Origin: Vicugna vicugna
Lineage: Eukaryota
Reading direction: 5' to 3'
DNA length: 64,000 bases
Assembly: GCA_013265495.1 (NCBI GenBank)
Contig: MU058540.1
Location: 2,319,696 to 2,383,695, forward strand
Shown: piece by piece, positions 13,363 to 24,930 of the stretch
Position numbering within the stretch: the stretch's first letter is position 1
Layout: each line of letters begins with the position of its first letter
Made by a program: the position numbers and the translations under genes
The notes under the pieces: generated by a model
Told to the model about the DNA's origin: nothing
Database searches by the model: none
Seen by the model: the letters and a program-made list of their open reading frames with translations, nothing else

Positions 13363-13509
13363 TACCAAGTATTTAATGAATGGAAAGAAAGGCTCAATAA
13401 ATGGTTGATTCCTCCCCAGGCAACTCCAACCCAACTAAAAGTTATTCCTTTACTTCATATTCTTTTGACAATGAATTCTTCACTTTTAGTAATACTAGAT
13501 TGCACTTTA

Positions 13510-13750
13510 CAATTGTCTAGTGCACAGATTCTAGAGGTAGATAACCTGAGCCTCAATCCCAGTTTGGGATCTTACTAGTTATATGACCTTGGGCATCTCA
13601 CTTAACCTCTCTATACCTTTGTTTCCTTAAAATAAGGACCATAGTAATACCTATCCTCATACAGGGGGGTGTTGTGAGGATCAAATGAGCTAAAACATGT
13701 GAAGTGCTTTGAACAGTCACTAGCACATAGTAATAAATGTTAGCTATATT
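13510..13750 (+). mobile_element. MIR SINE
   Basis: MIR core: tgaccttgggca..tcacttaacctctct...gttgtgaggatcaaatgag. Confidence 0.85.
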
Positions 13751-13769
13751 ATCACATTCAGAAATTTTT

Positions 13770-15410
13770 TTAATTTAAACTTTTAAATTTAAATAATTGT
13801 AGATTGGCATGCAGTAGTAAAAAAAACAATACAAAGAGATCCAGTGTGCCCAATTTCCCCCAATGTAACATCTTACACACCTTTAATACAATGCCACAAT
13901 TAGGATATTGACATCAGTATAGCCAAGATACAAAATAATTCCATAAGCACAAGAATCTCTTCTATTGTGCTTTTATAGCCACCTCATTTGCTTCTCACCT
14001 CCCATCTCTACCCCAACCTCCATTCTCCAACCTTTACCCCGTCTTTAATCCCTGGCAACAACTAATCTGTTCTCCATTTCTATAATTTTGTCACTTCAGG
14101 GATTTTACATAAATGGAGTCATCAGGATATAAACTTTCCAAATTTCAATTTTATTTTTGCTCTTTATTATTTCCTTCCTTCTGCTTATTTTGGATTTAAT
14201 TTGCTCTTACTTTTCTAGGTTCTTGAAGTGGGAGCTTAGATTATTAATTTGAGACTTTTCCTTTCTTCTACTGTATACATTTTAGTGCTATAAATTTCCT
14301 TCTCAGCATGTTCATAATTGGTTGCTGAAGCATTTTTAGGATGGCTACTTTAAAATCTATGCCAGATAATTCTAACATCTCTATCATCTCAGTGTAGATA
14401 TCTTTGTACTGTCTTTTTTCATTTAAGTTGAGACTTTCTTGGTTCTTGGTATGACAAGTGATTTTCAGTTGAATTGTTGACATTTTGGTACTATGATATC
14501 AGACTCTGGATCTTATTTAAAACTTCTGTTTTAGCTAGCTTATTTTGATAAAATGCAGACAAGGGAAGGGGAGGGTGCCACCTTGCTACTGCTTGGTAAG
14601 GCAGAAGTCAAGGTTCTCCTCTCAAAAATCCACTGACACCTGAGGCAGTAAGGACTCTTCATTATAGCTGGGGAGGGATGGAAGTTCTAACTTCCCGCTA
14701 GGCCTCCACTGAGACCACCCTGGCTGAAAGAGACAAGAATGCCTTTATTTCTCCCCATATGGCCTCCACTGACATTGTCACAGAGGGGGTTGTCATCACC
14801 ACTGCCACGTTGTGGTGAAAGACCTGGCTTTTCACTAGGCTTTCTCGGACACCACCCCAGCAAGGAGTAGGATGGGCATCTCATTATTGCCCAGTGCAGA
14901 TGAAAAGTCCTGACTCCCTACTTGGCCTTCTCTCATAACACCCCAGGTCGGGGTGGGTGGGTACCTCCTTACAAGTGGGTGAGGCTAGAAGTCTGGGCTC
15001 CCCACTTGGCCTTTGCTGGCATAGTAGGGGTGACACCACAGCCTTGGTTTGTTTTTCCTGGTGTTGCCTGGAATAGAGAAGTTACCAGGTAAAAGTGTTC
15101 AGTCTTGCTAGCCTTTCCTTGTCTTGGGGCTCTGAAGAGCAGACTTTTGTTAGGCCTCTTTTTTAGCCTGTACCTGTTGGCATTTTGGGTTTCTGGCTTC
15201 TCCAACACCAAGTTGGAGATAAACAAGGCAAAAAGAAAACCCAAGGAACTCACCACTGTGTTGTTCCTTGGATCCTAAGCCTGTTTGTCTTCTCTCCACC
15301 TTTCAGAGTCTTTTTATGTTTGTTTTATATATACCGTTCCAAGGTTTTCAGCTGCACTTAGCAAGAGAAATAGGGAAAAGTACATCTATTCCACCTTCCT
15401 GGAAATGGAA
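13770..15410 (-). mobile_element. Ancient L1 (L1MC-like) fragments: 3' end, ORF2 piece and 5' region with internal tandem units
   Basis: L1 3' motifs at 13770-14125, ORF2 piece at 14140-14300, repeated 'ggcctccactga' units and a 5' terminus near 15410. Confidence 0.7.
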
Positions 15411-16487
15411 TGTTTCCTCCTTTATTATGTGGAAAAAAAAAGAGAGGGAGACCCAAGAGAGGGGAAAGAACATGCCAAGGCCACTTAGATGATTAACAGG
15501 TTGCTGACTTATTGCCTGTTATTTTGTCTTCTCCTACAAGATTGAATTTTTTAACCATGGGTATTATATTTTTTCAAAATTTTGGTCTCTGTTAAAATAC
15601 TAATTTCATTTCTCTGTACCCAGTAATTATAACTTACTAATGCCTACTATGTGACAGGCTCTAGGCTGAATGTTTTATGTGCATTTTCTCACTAATCCTC
15701 ACAAGAACTCTGCAAACCAAATATTATTATTCACATTTAAATATGAGGAAACCGAAGCCCACAAAGTTAAGATAATTTAAGGAAGTTCATACAGCTGGTA
15801 ACTGTCAGGGCTGGGGTCAGCTTACCGTGAAAGCCTGCCTTTGTGGGCTCCCAATAAATCCTTACCTAATGAAAAATGGTCCCAGGGGAGATCAGTGAAA
15901 ATTAGCTAGAGAGTGGGTTAGTTGAGAAGAAAGAGAAATAGACCTAAAATATGTGACTTTGGTTCAGTGGTTGAAGCTTTAGCTGGTAGACTCTCAGAGG
16001 AAATGAAAGACACTGCCCAAAATAAGTTTTGATATTATTAACAAGTCATTGATATTACCTTTAGCTGTGGTCCTGTCATTGCAGAAAAAGGATCCCAGGT
16101 CTGACTCTAATGATCACTAACCAGAAATACAGTATGTGAGTCCATGAGTGCTGTTCTTTTTAAAAGAACACAAAGAAAATTTTAAAAAAATGTGAAATCA
16201 TGAGTATAAGTCTAGGCCATAGTTTCTGGGACCATTCTTTAGTCTTCAAGCAGAAGGGACTGATGAAAATGTTCAGTATCTCATCCTAAAACAGTGGTGG
16301 TGGATTTCTGAAGAGACAGAAGTTTTGTCACTGAGAAGGTGGCCTATCCACACATCCCATAAGTTTTCAAAAAATAAATCACTAGAGTTCCAGATATATC
16401 ACAACGGATAACAGGAGCAATTAAAGGAAAGGTTCCACTTGTAGCCCCTTGGTTTATTTGTTATTTCTTCAGAGACTCAGGTCCTAC

Positions 16488-16669
16488 CTGAATAATCCCA
16501 GTCAGCAAAGTCGTAGACGCCACCACACTCAAGGACTTGTTATAGCCCTCAAAGAAGGATAAGTTAGAAAAATCGTCCCTGATGAAAGTTCCCAGCACTA
16601 GGCGGCCACTGTTGAATGGGTATATCCTGAGGACATTGATCATCAGAGCACTCACAAGGAAGAAGGAAC
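16488..16669 (-). CDS. SLC26A8: SLC26A8 exon 5, GSFFLVSALMINVLRIYPFNSGRLVLG...TTLLTGIIQ
   Basis: ttgacag| acceptor, CAG|gtagga donor, 182 nt. Lies inside ORF 16461..16742. Confidence 0.97.
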
Positions 16670-18107
16670 CTGTCAAAGAAAACGTGTAGGCAGAAGATAA
16701 GGTTTTAAGTCCAGGTAAACCGACAGTTCCTGACAAAAGCAAGGCATGGTCTAAACTTTTCTCATCTCAAAGTGGCCACTAAGAAGTAAGAAAGAGCAGA
16801 GGAAAGAACTCTGGCTCCACATACTGTAAACAGTTTGCAAAATTTAGTCGTGGGGGTCCAGGTATTAACCTGTCTGCATCCTGGGCTTATAGAGTAGGAG
16901 TGAAGAGAAATTGACTGGAAATGTATATCAAGCTCAGCCACTGTGCCTGCTCTTAGAACAGTGAAAAATGAAGTGCTGGTGAAAGGATCAGAAAACAAAG
17001 CTGATCAATAATAAGAAGAAAAATAATACCCAACACCTATAAAAGATTTACTAGGTGCAAAGTGACACTGAGCTAAACTGGTTTCAAACATAATTTAATT
17101 TCATCCTCATGTCGGAATACTCATACACAAGAGCAAAGGCAAATCTGACCTTTAAATTACCTGACAAACAAAACTCTACTAGCCCTTGTTATCCGTATTT
17201 GGAAATGACTGGAATGTGCTTCAGGAACTTGGAAATATGGGAATAAAATAGTTCTCTCGGTGTTCAAATGTAGAATCAATGTATAATAGATTTTAGTAAA
17301 GATATGCAATATTGCCTTTTAAAAAGGCACAGGGGCCCTCCATGTCTAGCAGAATGGGATGGCAACCGGACTGAACATGCAAACATTTCTGGAGGAAGCA
17401 TGTGCCAGTCAGAATGGTCTATGTTGGTTGCTTGGTCTGTTGTTCAGTGGGGAAGCTCAGGAAAAGGCACTTGACTGCATAAGTGTTGGTGATGCTCGTT
17501 TAAGGCTGTCAGGGCATTTTGTGATTTGATCTCTATATGGGTTCACCTAGGTGAAGTAATTGTGCTGACAACACGAACTTCAGCTCGTCTGGTCCCTCTA
17601 ACAGTCATTTCTATTTATGAATTAGTAGATGGACTTTTGACTCAGGGAAGGAAAGTGCTTATCCTGTGGATTTGAGCACTCTGATGACTATGACAGCATT
17701 TTCTCATTGCAAACTAATAAGCTGACATGATTATTATAAATCATGCCCATGGAGTTTTGTTATTATGGGTCCAGCTGAAAGGTGCATCCATTCTGGGAGT
17801 TTGGGCAAAATCATTTCTGGATTTTCCGGGTTGAGGATCATCAGATTCTAATGTGTGGTAATTTCTCTTGTCCTTTAATTCCTTTGGGCAACAGCTTGGT
17901 GACCTATTTGCCTGGCGGTGACATTAATAATGACACACAAGAAGTGTTCAATTTCTAAAATCTGAACACCAACCCTACAGATAGAATATGATTCTTTTGC
18001 CTCGTTTCTTTCTGCCTTAAACATAGCTTTAACTTGGGTTCCTGTAATAAGTAAATGATTGGAATGGAGACCTCATCCACCTCCTGTGGTTCTAGCACTG
18101 AACTCAC

Positions 18108-18224
18108 CAATGGACATTTGATGACATGATCCAAAAACTGCATAAATTACTGAAGAACAGAAAGCTGCATAAGAAACATTGAGAGGAGGAATCAGTTGCC
18201 TTGCCAGCAAACTAAGCATCAGGT
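18108..18224 (-). CDS. SLC26A8: SLC26A8 exon 4, (D)LMLSLLARQLIPPLNVSYAAFCSSVIYAVFGSCHQMSI
   Basis: tttcag| acceptor, G|gtgagt donor, 117 nt. Sulfate-transporter signature region (FGSCHQMSIG). Translated by hand; too short for the ORF track. Confidence 0.96.
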
Positions 18225-18859
18225 CTGAAAAGTAAGATAATTAAAGTAAGCAAAAGTGGCCTGGCTTTCAAAAGACACTTTAAATTAAAAACTGTAAAGA
18301 CTAAAGTAAAAATGATCCATGTACACAGCTGACTGAATATGGTAACAGTATCCCTAGGTGTACAGCCCTTAATTCGTACTTTTTACTCTCTCCTTTGATT
18401 TCCAGCTTCTCTTCCTATTTCACCACATGTTTTTATACTTCAATTCTAAACCAAAGGCTCAAACATCTTTCTCTGTGAGCGAAAGCAAACATCACAGCAG
18501 TAAAAGCTTTAATTCCAACAGCTCAGAAGCAGCCGCACTTCTGCCCTCAGTCTAGCACAAGAAGGCCCTAGGAATCCTCCAGGACTGGAGATAAAGCTGC
18601 AGAGCAAGGTAAGAATCACACTCAACTGACTTGACTCCAAATTGGTACATGTGGTCTCTCTTGCCAATCATCTCCAGTCTCCAGTCTTGAAGCAAATCCA
18701 AATTGTTAAATCATTTCATCTGTAGATATTTCAGTGTATATCTTTAAGACCCTCTTTTAACTACAATACCATTATCGCACCTAAGAAATTAATAATGGTT
18801 CTTTAACATCATCAAATATCCAGTCAATGTTCAAGTTTCCCTGATTTCTCATAAATGGT

Positions 18860-19290
18860 TGTAGTGCTGGAGGGCCTCTAAGATGATCTGCAATGGCTAA
18901 TTACTATTCATGCCCTTGCCTGAGCCCTAACCTTAAGTGTGGGATGGACCTGGTAGCTTACTTCTAATAAACAGACTACAACAAAAAGGCTAAGATGTCA
19001 CTTTTGAGGTTAGGTTGCCAGAAGACTGTGGCTTCTGCCTTGGTTGCTCTCTGGCTCTCTGTCTCTTTCATTCAGGTCACCAGCTATCAGAGTTAGCTTC
19101 AGGGACGTGTGACCTCAGCACTCACGCAGAGCCCTGGGCTTAGAAGGCTCCGTACTTGGCTTAATGCTCCACTCTGACTATTTTGAAATTCTGGATAGTT
19201 CTTGAACTAGGGACTCTGCATTTTCATTTTGCACCGGGTCCCACACATATAGTTGGTCCTGCCAGTTGCCGTATTGTGAGGACACTCAAG
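18860..19290 (+). mobile_element. MLT1 (MaLR) LTR fragment with nested MER91A-like hAT element (19088-19261)
   Basis: The nested element reads CAG...CTG and has a diverged 8-bp TSD, ccagctat/ccagttgc. Confidence 0.7.
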
Positions 19291-19441
19291 CAAGAGTTAG
19301 AAATTTGGCAGGTAAGGAAACAAATGGTAGTGATATAAATAGAATTCACACTTTTTTCTATTCATCTAGTACAAGCAATTGTTTACTCTAGACAAGTGGA
19401 CCAGGCATGATGTATTGTCTGTGGGTGAATATCTTCCTTAC

Positions 19442-19581
19442 CTTGGGGAAGTTGCACAAGGCCAACACTTATACCAGCAAGTAAGTCTCCAAGAAGCCAG
19501 TCCTTGAAACGATAAAAACACATCCACTCTAGGAAGGGAAAAACCGTAAGCATGCATCTTCGGAACTTGTGCCATGAGCAG
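19442..19581 (-). CDS. SLC26A8: SLC26A8 exon 3, CSWHKFRRCMLTVFPFLEWMCFYRFKDWLLGDLLAGISVGLVQLPQ
   Basis: ttctcacag| acceptor, G|gtaagg donor, 140 nt. Contains the SLC26 'WLLGDLLAG' motif and TM1. Confidence 0.97.
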
Positions 19582-19682
19582 CTGTGAGAAAGAGGAAGAG
19601 ACCTGATTAGGTTCTCCAAAAACAAAAACACAACCCACAAACATGTAGTCAAGAAAAGGCATAGCACATCCTTCTTCCCATA

Positions 19683-19903
19683 CAGCAGAGTTTCTTGTCA
19701 GCACTATTGACATTTTGACACATTGGACACTTTGTTGTGGGGCTCCCCTCTGCATTGTAGGATGTTTAGAAGCATCTCTGATCTCTACCCAATAGATGCC
19801 AGTAGTAAGCAGATGTCCTTACCAAGTTGTGACAGCCAAAATGTCTCCAGACATTGCCAAATATTTCCTGGGGGACAACATTGCCTCCAGTTGAGAACCA
19901 GTG
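19683..19903 (+). mobile_element. MER20 (hAT-Charlie)
   Basis: actattgacatttt...aatgtctccagacattgccaaat...gttgagaacc. Confidence 0.85.
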
Positions 19904-20289
19904 CCATATATAGGACAAGAAGTAAGTCTTGTAAGTCAGCATACAAATCAGGTCTGTGTTTTAACAGAAATTTGAAAAGAATTCAACCTGCCAAAATTTT
20001 CCAGTAGAAAAATGGACTGTTGTTACCTTCTTTTGGTAAGAACAGTTTTTTGAGATGTGATACTGGTGGGTGGCAGGGAGTTAACACATTCACATCATTC
20101 CTGTATACTAAAATTTTTACTGAGTATTATTAACTCTATGTGGCTTTGACCTATAGCAAGAAGAAATTTATAGAAAATATAGACTATGGGTCCTGTGCTT
20201 AAGGAGTTAGCCAAGTTTAAAAAAAAGGCAATAAGATTAAAAAAAATAAGGCTTTCATTATCCTTTTATGCAGCATATAACAACCAGAA

Positions 20290-20472
20290 GCAATTGTGTT
20301 CCCCAAGAGACATTTGGCAATATCTGGAGACATTTTTGATTATCATGACTAGCATCTGGTGGATAGAGGCCAGGGATGCCACTGAACATCCTACAATGCA
20401 CAGGACAGCCCTCCACAAAAAAATGATTTTATGGTCTAAACTGTCAACAGTACTGAGATTGAGAAAACCTAA
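20290..20472 (-). mobile_element. MER20, opposite orientation
   Basis: acatttggcaatatctggagacatttt...catcctacaatgcacaggacagccc. Confidence 0.85.
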
Positions 20473-21489
20473 ACTTTAGATCATCTAAAAGAGCAGAATC
20501 ATTGTAAACCAATCAATCGGTTAATTAATCAATCAATAAAATTAATTTGGTTTTAAATTGCTCTTTGCTATTTACATCTTAGTATGGGCTGAAAGCAAAG
20601 AGTATGGAGATTTTTCATGTATGAGCTGTAGCTGAATAATTGGGATTTGACTATAGCAACAAATATAACTTCAGGGTATGCAAGGCTAAAATGTATACTC
20701 AGAAAAGAAGTAATTTCAACATGTTTGACTCTCACAGCTATGAACATTACTCTCCCTAAGGTAACTAAGGCCAGATAAGTGTAAATGTCTTTGTCAAGGT
20801 CAGAGTAGTAAGAGTGGGCAGAGCTGGGGCTAGAAACCAGATCTCCTGATGTTTAGTTCAGTGTTCTATCCACTCTATTACTGCCACAGTTCCTATTGGC
20901 AGCTGTCAAATGCTGCTCAGGGGCCAGGAGCAAGACCATAGGTTTGGAAATAGCACCACACGGCTATTTTTATGAGAGTTCCTGGGTGTAAGGCAGGTGT
21001 AGAGAATGTGTTCTCTCCAATTATGGTTCTCTATGGGGGAGGGGTGAGCATGGCATCGGGACAATTTGTTCCTGCATCCAGTCCAGGGTCCCCTCCTTTC
21101 CATCTGGTGGATGACAATCCACCCTAAGGAGAGTCATCAAAGCTCTTTAGCATGGCAAAAAATAAATAAATAAATAAAATGGTTATGGAATAATGAGGAT
21201 TTAAGACTGATGGGAATCAAGGAAGGAGTTAGAGGGATAGAAATTGAAGCTGGTAGGGGAAGAGTATAGGCACTTCACCATGAATCTGGATTTTAGGTTA
21301 AGACGTCTTAAAAGTGAGGAACGTAAGAGTTGGTGTGAAAGCACAGGAGAGATTTTTTTAAAAGAAAGGGAGTATTTGCAGTTGCTAACTAAAAGGGAGA
21401 AAATGAGGAAAGAGATGAGGTTTTCTGCAGAAAGAAAGAGATGGAGTTAAAAGATTATGATTTTTTTTTTACTAAAATAATCCCACTTA

Positions 21490-21712
21490 TAGAGTGCTTT
21501 CTATTTGCTAGGTGCTTTACAAATGCTCTTTAAATTCTCACAGCCACTTTAAGAGGTAGGTGCTATTATCATCCCCATTTTATAGATGAGGAAACTGAGG
21601 CACAGTAGGTTGGGATAGCTTACCTAGGGTCACACAGTTGGGAAGCAGCAGAATTGGGATTTGAAACCAGGCAATCTGGCTTCTGAGTCTCACTCTTAAC
21701 CACAGTGCTGTG
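21490..21712 (-). mobile_element. MIR SINE
   Basis: attatcatccccattttatagatgaggaaactgaggcacag core. Confidence 0.9.
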
Positions 21713-22552
21713 CTACCTTTCAGGGCAAAATTCAGAAATGGATGTAACTGTATGTTTTGGAAGCAGGTAATAAGAACTGCTGTAAAAGCCTATGGGAGGC
21801 AGCAGAGGTCAGATTTGTGTCTAAGGGTGGGGCAGGTGGAGGGGAGGTAAGTTGAAATTTCTTTGGTGGTACCTGTTTAGGATGAGGTATAAGCCAGGAA
21901 AAGATTATCCTTTTGTAGAGACAAAGCCAAAGTGGCCCCCAAATGCCCTCTTTGACATATGACCTCTGACCCATCCTGGAGCAGAAAAAATGAGAGTAGT
22001 AATATAGGACTGGGGAGGGACATCCAAGACCACAGCTTACAAAAGGCAGGATATGGACAAAGGAGATGGCTCAGAGGGAGGAAGGCCTGCAACAGGGCCA
22101 TGAGGAGGCCTTCTTCACTTGTCACCCAACACATGCCAACTGTGGGTGATAAAGTCAAAGGATGACAGGGACTAATAAATCCAGATCATAAGTGAGGATA
22201 ATTTGAGTCATTAGGGTTACTATCATGATATAGGTCACAAAGGGTTTTTATCCTGAAGTCTATGGATGACCCAGGGGTCTATAGGTAGAATTCATGGGCG
22301 TATATAAACTTAAGGGAAATTATATCTTTATTTCATTAACCTCCTAACTGAAATTTAGCATTTCCTTCTGTCATGAACATTGATAACCACGATAGTATCA
22401 GCAGAGCTTGACTTTGTCACCAACAGAAATCATAAATATTTTCACATTATATTAAAACTGCTGCAGATATCTTAAAATAACACTTATATTCATCAGTACT
22501 TACAAATTATGGTAGTTATTAGACCTACAATTATTAAATATCATAATTTTGG

Positions 22553-22801
22553 AAGGGATAGACTAGGATTTCAAAATTGTAGAATAGATAGACAAGATTA
22601 TACTGTATAGCACAGGGAAGTATACACATAATCTTATGGTAGCTCACAAAGAAAAAAAATGTGACAGTGAGTGTGTATATGTCCATGAATGACTGAAAAA
22701 TTGTGCTGAACACTGGAATTTGACACAACATTGTAAAATGATTATAAATCAATAAAAATGTTAAAAAAATAAAAGCAATCAATTTCTAGATACTCAAAAA
22801 G
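22553..22801 (+). mobile_element. Young L1 3' end (camelid-type)
   Basis: L1 3' terminus with AATAAA and an A tail, highly similar to the copy at 57118-57251. Imperfect TSD atcataattt(t)gg. Confidence 0.8.
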
Positions 22802-22901
22802 AATCATAATTTGGGGATTTTTTCATATTTTGATAACTATATTCCAATATAACTAATTTCCTTTATAATACTATGTATTTTATGCATTTAAAAGTATTCT
22901 G

Positions 22902-24320
22902 GCAAAGACTATTCAATGGGGAAAGAACAGACTCTTCAACATATAGTGCTGAGAAAATGGGATATCCACATGGAAAAAAATGAAGTTGGACTCTTACTTT
23001 ACACCATGTACAAAATTAACTCAGAATGGATCGAGGAGCTAAATTTAAAAGCTAAAACTATAAAACTCTTAGAAGAAAACATAGGGGGAAATCTTCATGA
23101 TCTTACATTTCACAATAGTTTCTTAAATATGATACCAGAATGACAAGTGACAAAAGAAAACTGTTGTGCACCAAGGACACTATCAACAGGGTGAAAAGAC
23201 AGAATGAGAGAAAATATTTGCACATAATATACTTCATAAGGGCTTAATATCCAGAATTTATAAAGAACTCCTATAACTCAACAACAAAAAGCCAAACAAC
23301 CTAGTTTTTAAAAGGGCAAAGGAAGTAGATATCTCTCCAAAAAAGATATACAAGTGACCAATAAGCACATGAAAAGATGCTCATCATCACTAATACAAGT
23401 ACGTGTTTAGAGAACATTGTCATCAATGAAGTGTTCACACTAAAACAGACAATTGAGAGCAGGGGAAAAAAAAGAGTGGTTAAGTACAGTGCCTGGCCTG
23501 TAAAACAAAAAAATGCTGCAATAAGAAGATAAATGTTCAAAACAAATCAAAAAAATTTAGTTATTAGGGAAATACAAAAAAAAAAAGAACAAAAATCAAC
23601 CTACAATGTGACACCATTTTACACCTAATAGTATGGCTATAATCAAAAAAATGGGTAATGACAAATGTTGGAGAGGATATGGAAACTGGAACACTTGTAC
23701 ACTGCTGATGTGAATGCACAAAGGTGCAACTTCTATGAAAATTTTGGCAGTTGCTCAAAAAGTTAAATACAGAATTACAGTATGATCCAACAATTCCACT
23801 CTCAGGTGTATACCTAAAAGAACTCAGATACTCCTTTGCCAAAATTCATGGCAGTATTATTTACAACAGCCAAAAAATGGAAACAACCCGTGTCCATCAA
23901 GAGATGAACAGACAACAAAACATGGTATATCCATACAATGGAGTATCATCAGCCATAAAATGAAATGAAGTACTGACCCATGCTACAACATGGGTGAACT
24001 TTGAAAACATTATGCGAAGTAAAATAAGCCGGACATAAAAGACAAATATTGTATGATTCCACTTATATGAAATCTCTAGAATAGGCAATTCATAGAGATA
24101 GAAGTAGAAGAGAGGTAACCAGGGGCTGGGAGAGGGGGAAATGGGGCATTATTGCTTAATGGGTACAGAGTTACTGTTTGGGGTGATGAAAACGTTTTAG
24201 AAACAGATAGTGGTAATGGTTGCACAATATCATAAATGTCATTAATGCTACTGATTTGTACACTCTAAAAATGGTTAAAATGGCTGATTTTATGTTACAT
24301 ATATTTACCACAATAAAAAA
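22902..24320 (+). mobile_element. LINE-1 3' portion (L1MB-like)
   Basis: ORF2 C-terminal remnants (LKKLNTELQYDPTIPLSGVY) and a 3' UTR ending ttaccacaataaaaaa. TSD-like aaaagt(a)ttctg. Confidence 0.9.
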
Positions 24321-24745
24321 AGTTCTGAAAAGAGGTTCAGAAGCTTTATCAGACTGCTAAAAGGTTCACAGCACAAAATCAAGTTAGAGCCCCTGTACTG
24401 CAGGACCTGCATGGTCATCCTGCTATCTTTAAATAGTCCACCACGGTTGCTTTTTGTTGGTGTCGTTAGAAGACCATAATGTTGGTTAATCAAACAATGT
24501 ATTAACTAATTATCATTGCTGTGGGGGAACATCTAAGGTCTTTATGCCCAAGAAGTTTACAATCAAGAAGATGCTGCAAGACAAACCACACACACAAAAA
24601 AAAAATCTGAAGGGAAATTACACAATAAGCTAAGGGTTCTGATGACAGGAATTCAAAAGAGGAAGACAGGAGTAGGCACTAAAAGCATCAAGTAGAGTTT
24701 GGGGGCTGCCAGCCTGGCGACAGCTGAATGATGGCACATACGCAC

Positions 24746-24930
24746 CTGCACTGGACATGGTGACTGAAGGTGGTGATGTCAATGTCCACGTTTCCAGAGG
24801 AAGCAGTCTTCCTTCTGTGCTCCTGTTGGAAGTTCTCCTCATTGTACACATCTCGCTTCACATCATATGGGAAAGAATTCTGCCTAAATCTAGAGCCAAA
24901 ACCCTGGAAGCTTCTCTCTGGTTGCATCAT
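24746..24930 (-). CDS. SLC26A8: SLC26A8 first coding exon (exon 2), MMQPERSFQGFGSRFRQNSFPYDVKRDVYNEENFQQEH...HHVQC
   Basis: Acceptor cag|GA ATG (exon starts at 24932), donor AG|gtgcgt. 185 coding nt. Resembles human MAQLERS...YDVKREVYNEETFQQEH. Confidence 0.95.

Larger units (their letters stand above)
22240..24395. mobile_element. Charlie4a-like hAT element split by two L1 insertions
   Basis: Termini agggtttttatcctg / gttagagcccctg. Pieces at 22240-22552, 22802-22901 and 24320-24395. Confidence 0.65.

Noticed and set aside
14560..15030. Imperfect repeated units suggesting an array or CRISPR-like structure
   Set aside because: Degenerate internal tandem units within an old L1 5' region of a mammalian intron; no identical repeats with unique spacers.
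17300..17950. Possible very ancient RTE-like LINE remnant on the minus strand
   Set aside because: Only a faint 'DSLKR' resemblance; cannot be supported without a profile search.
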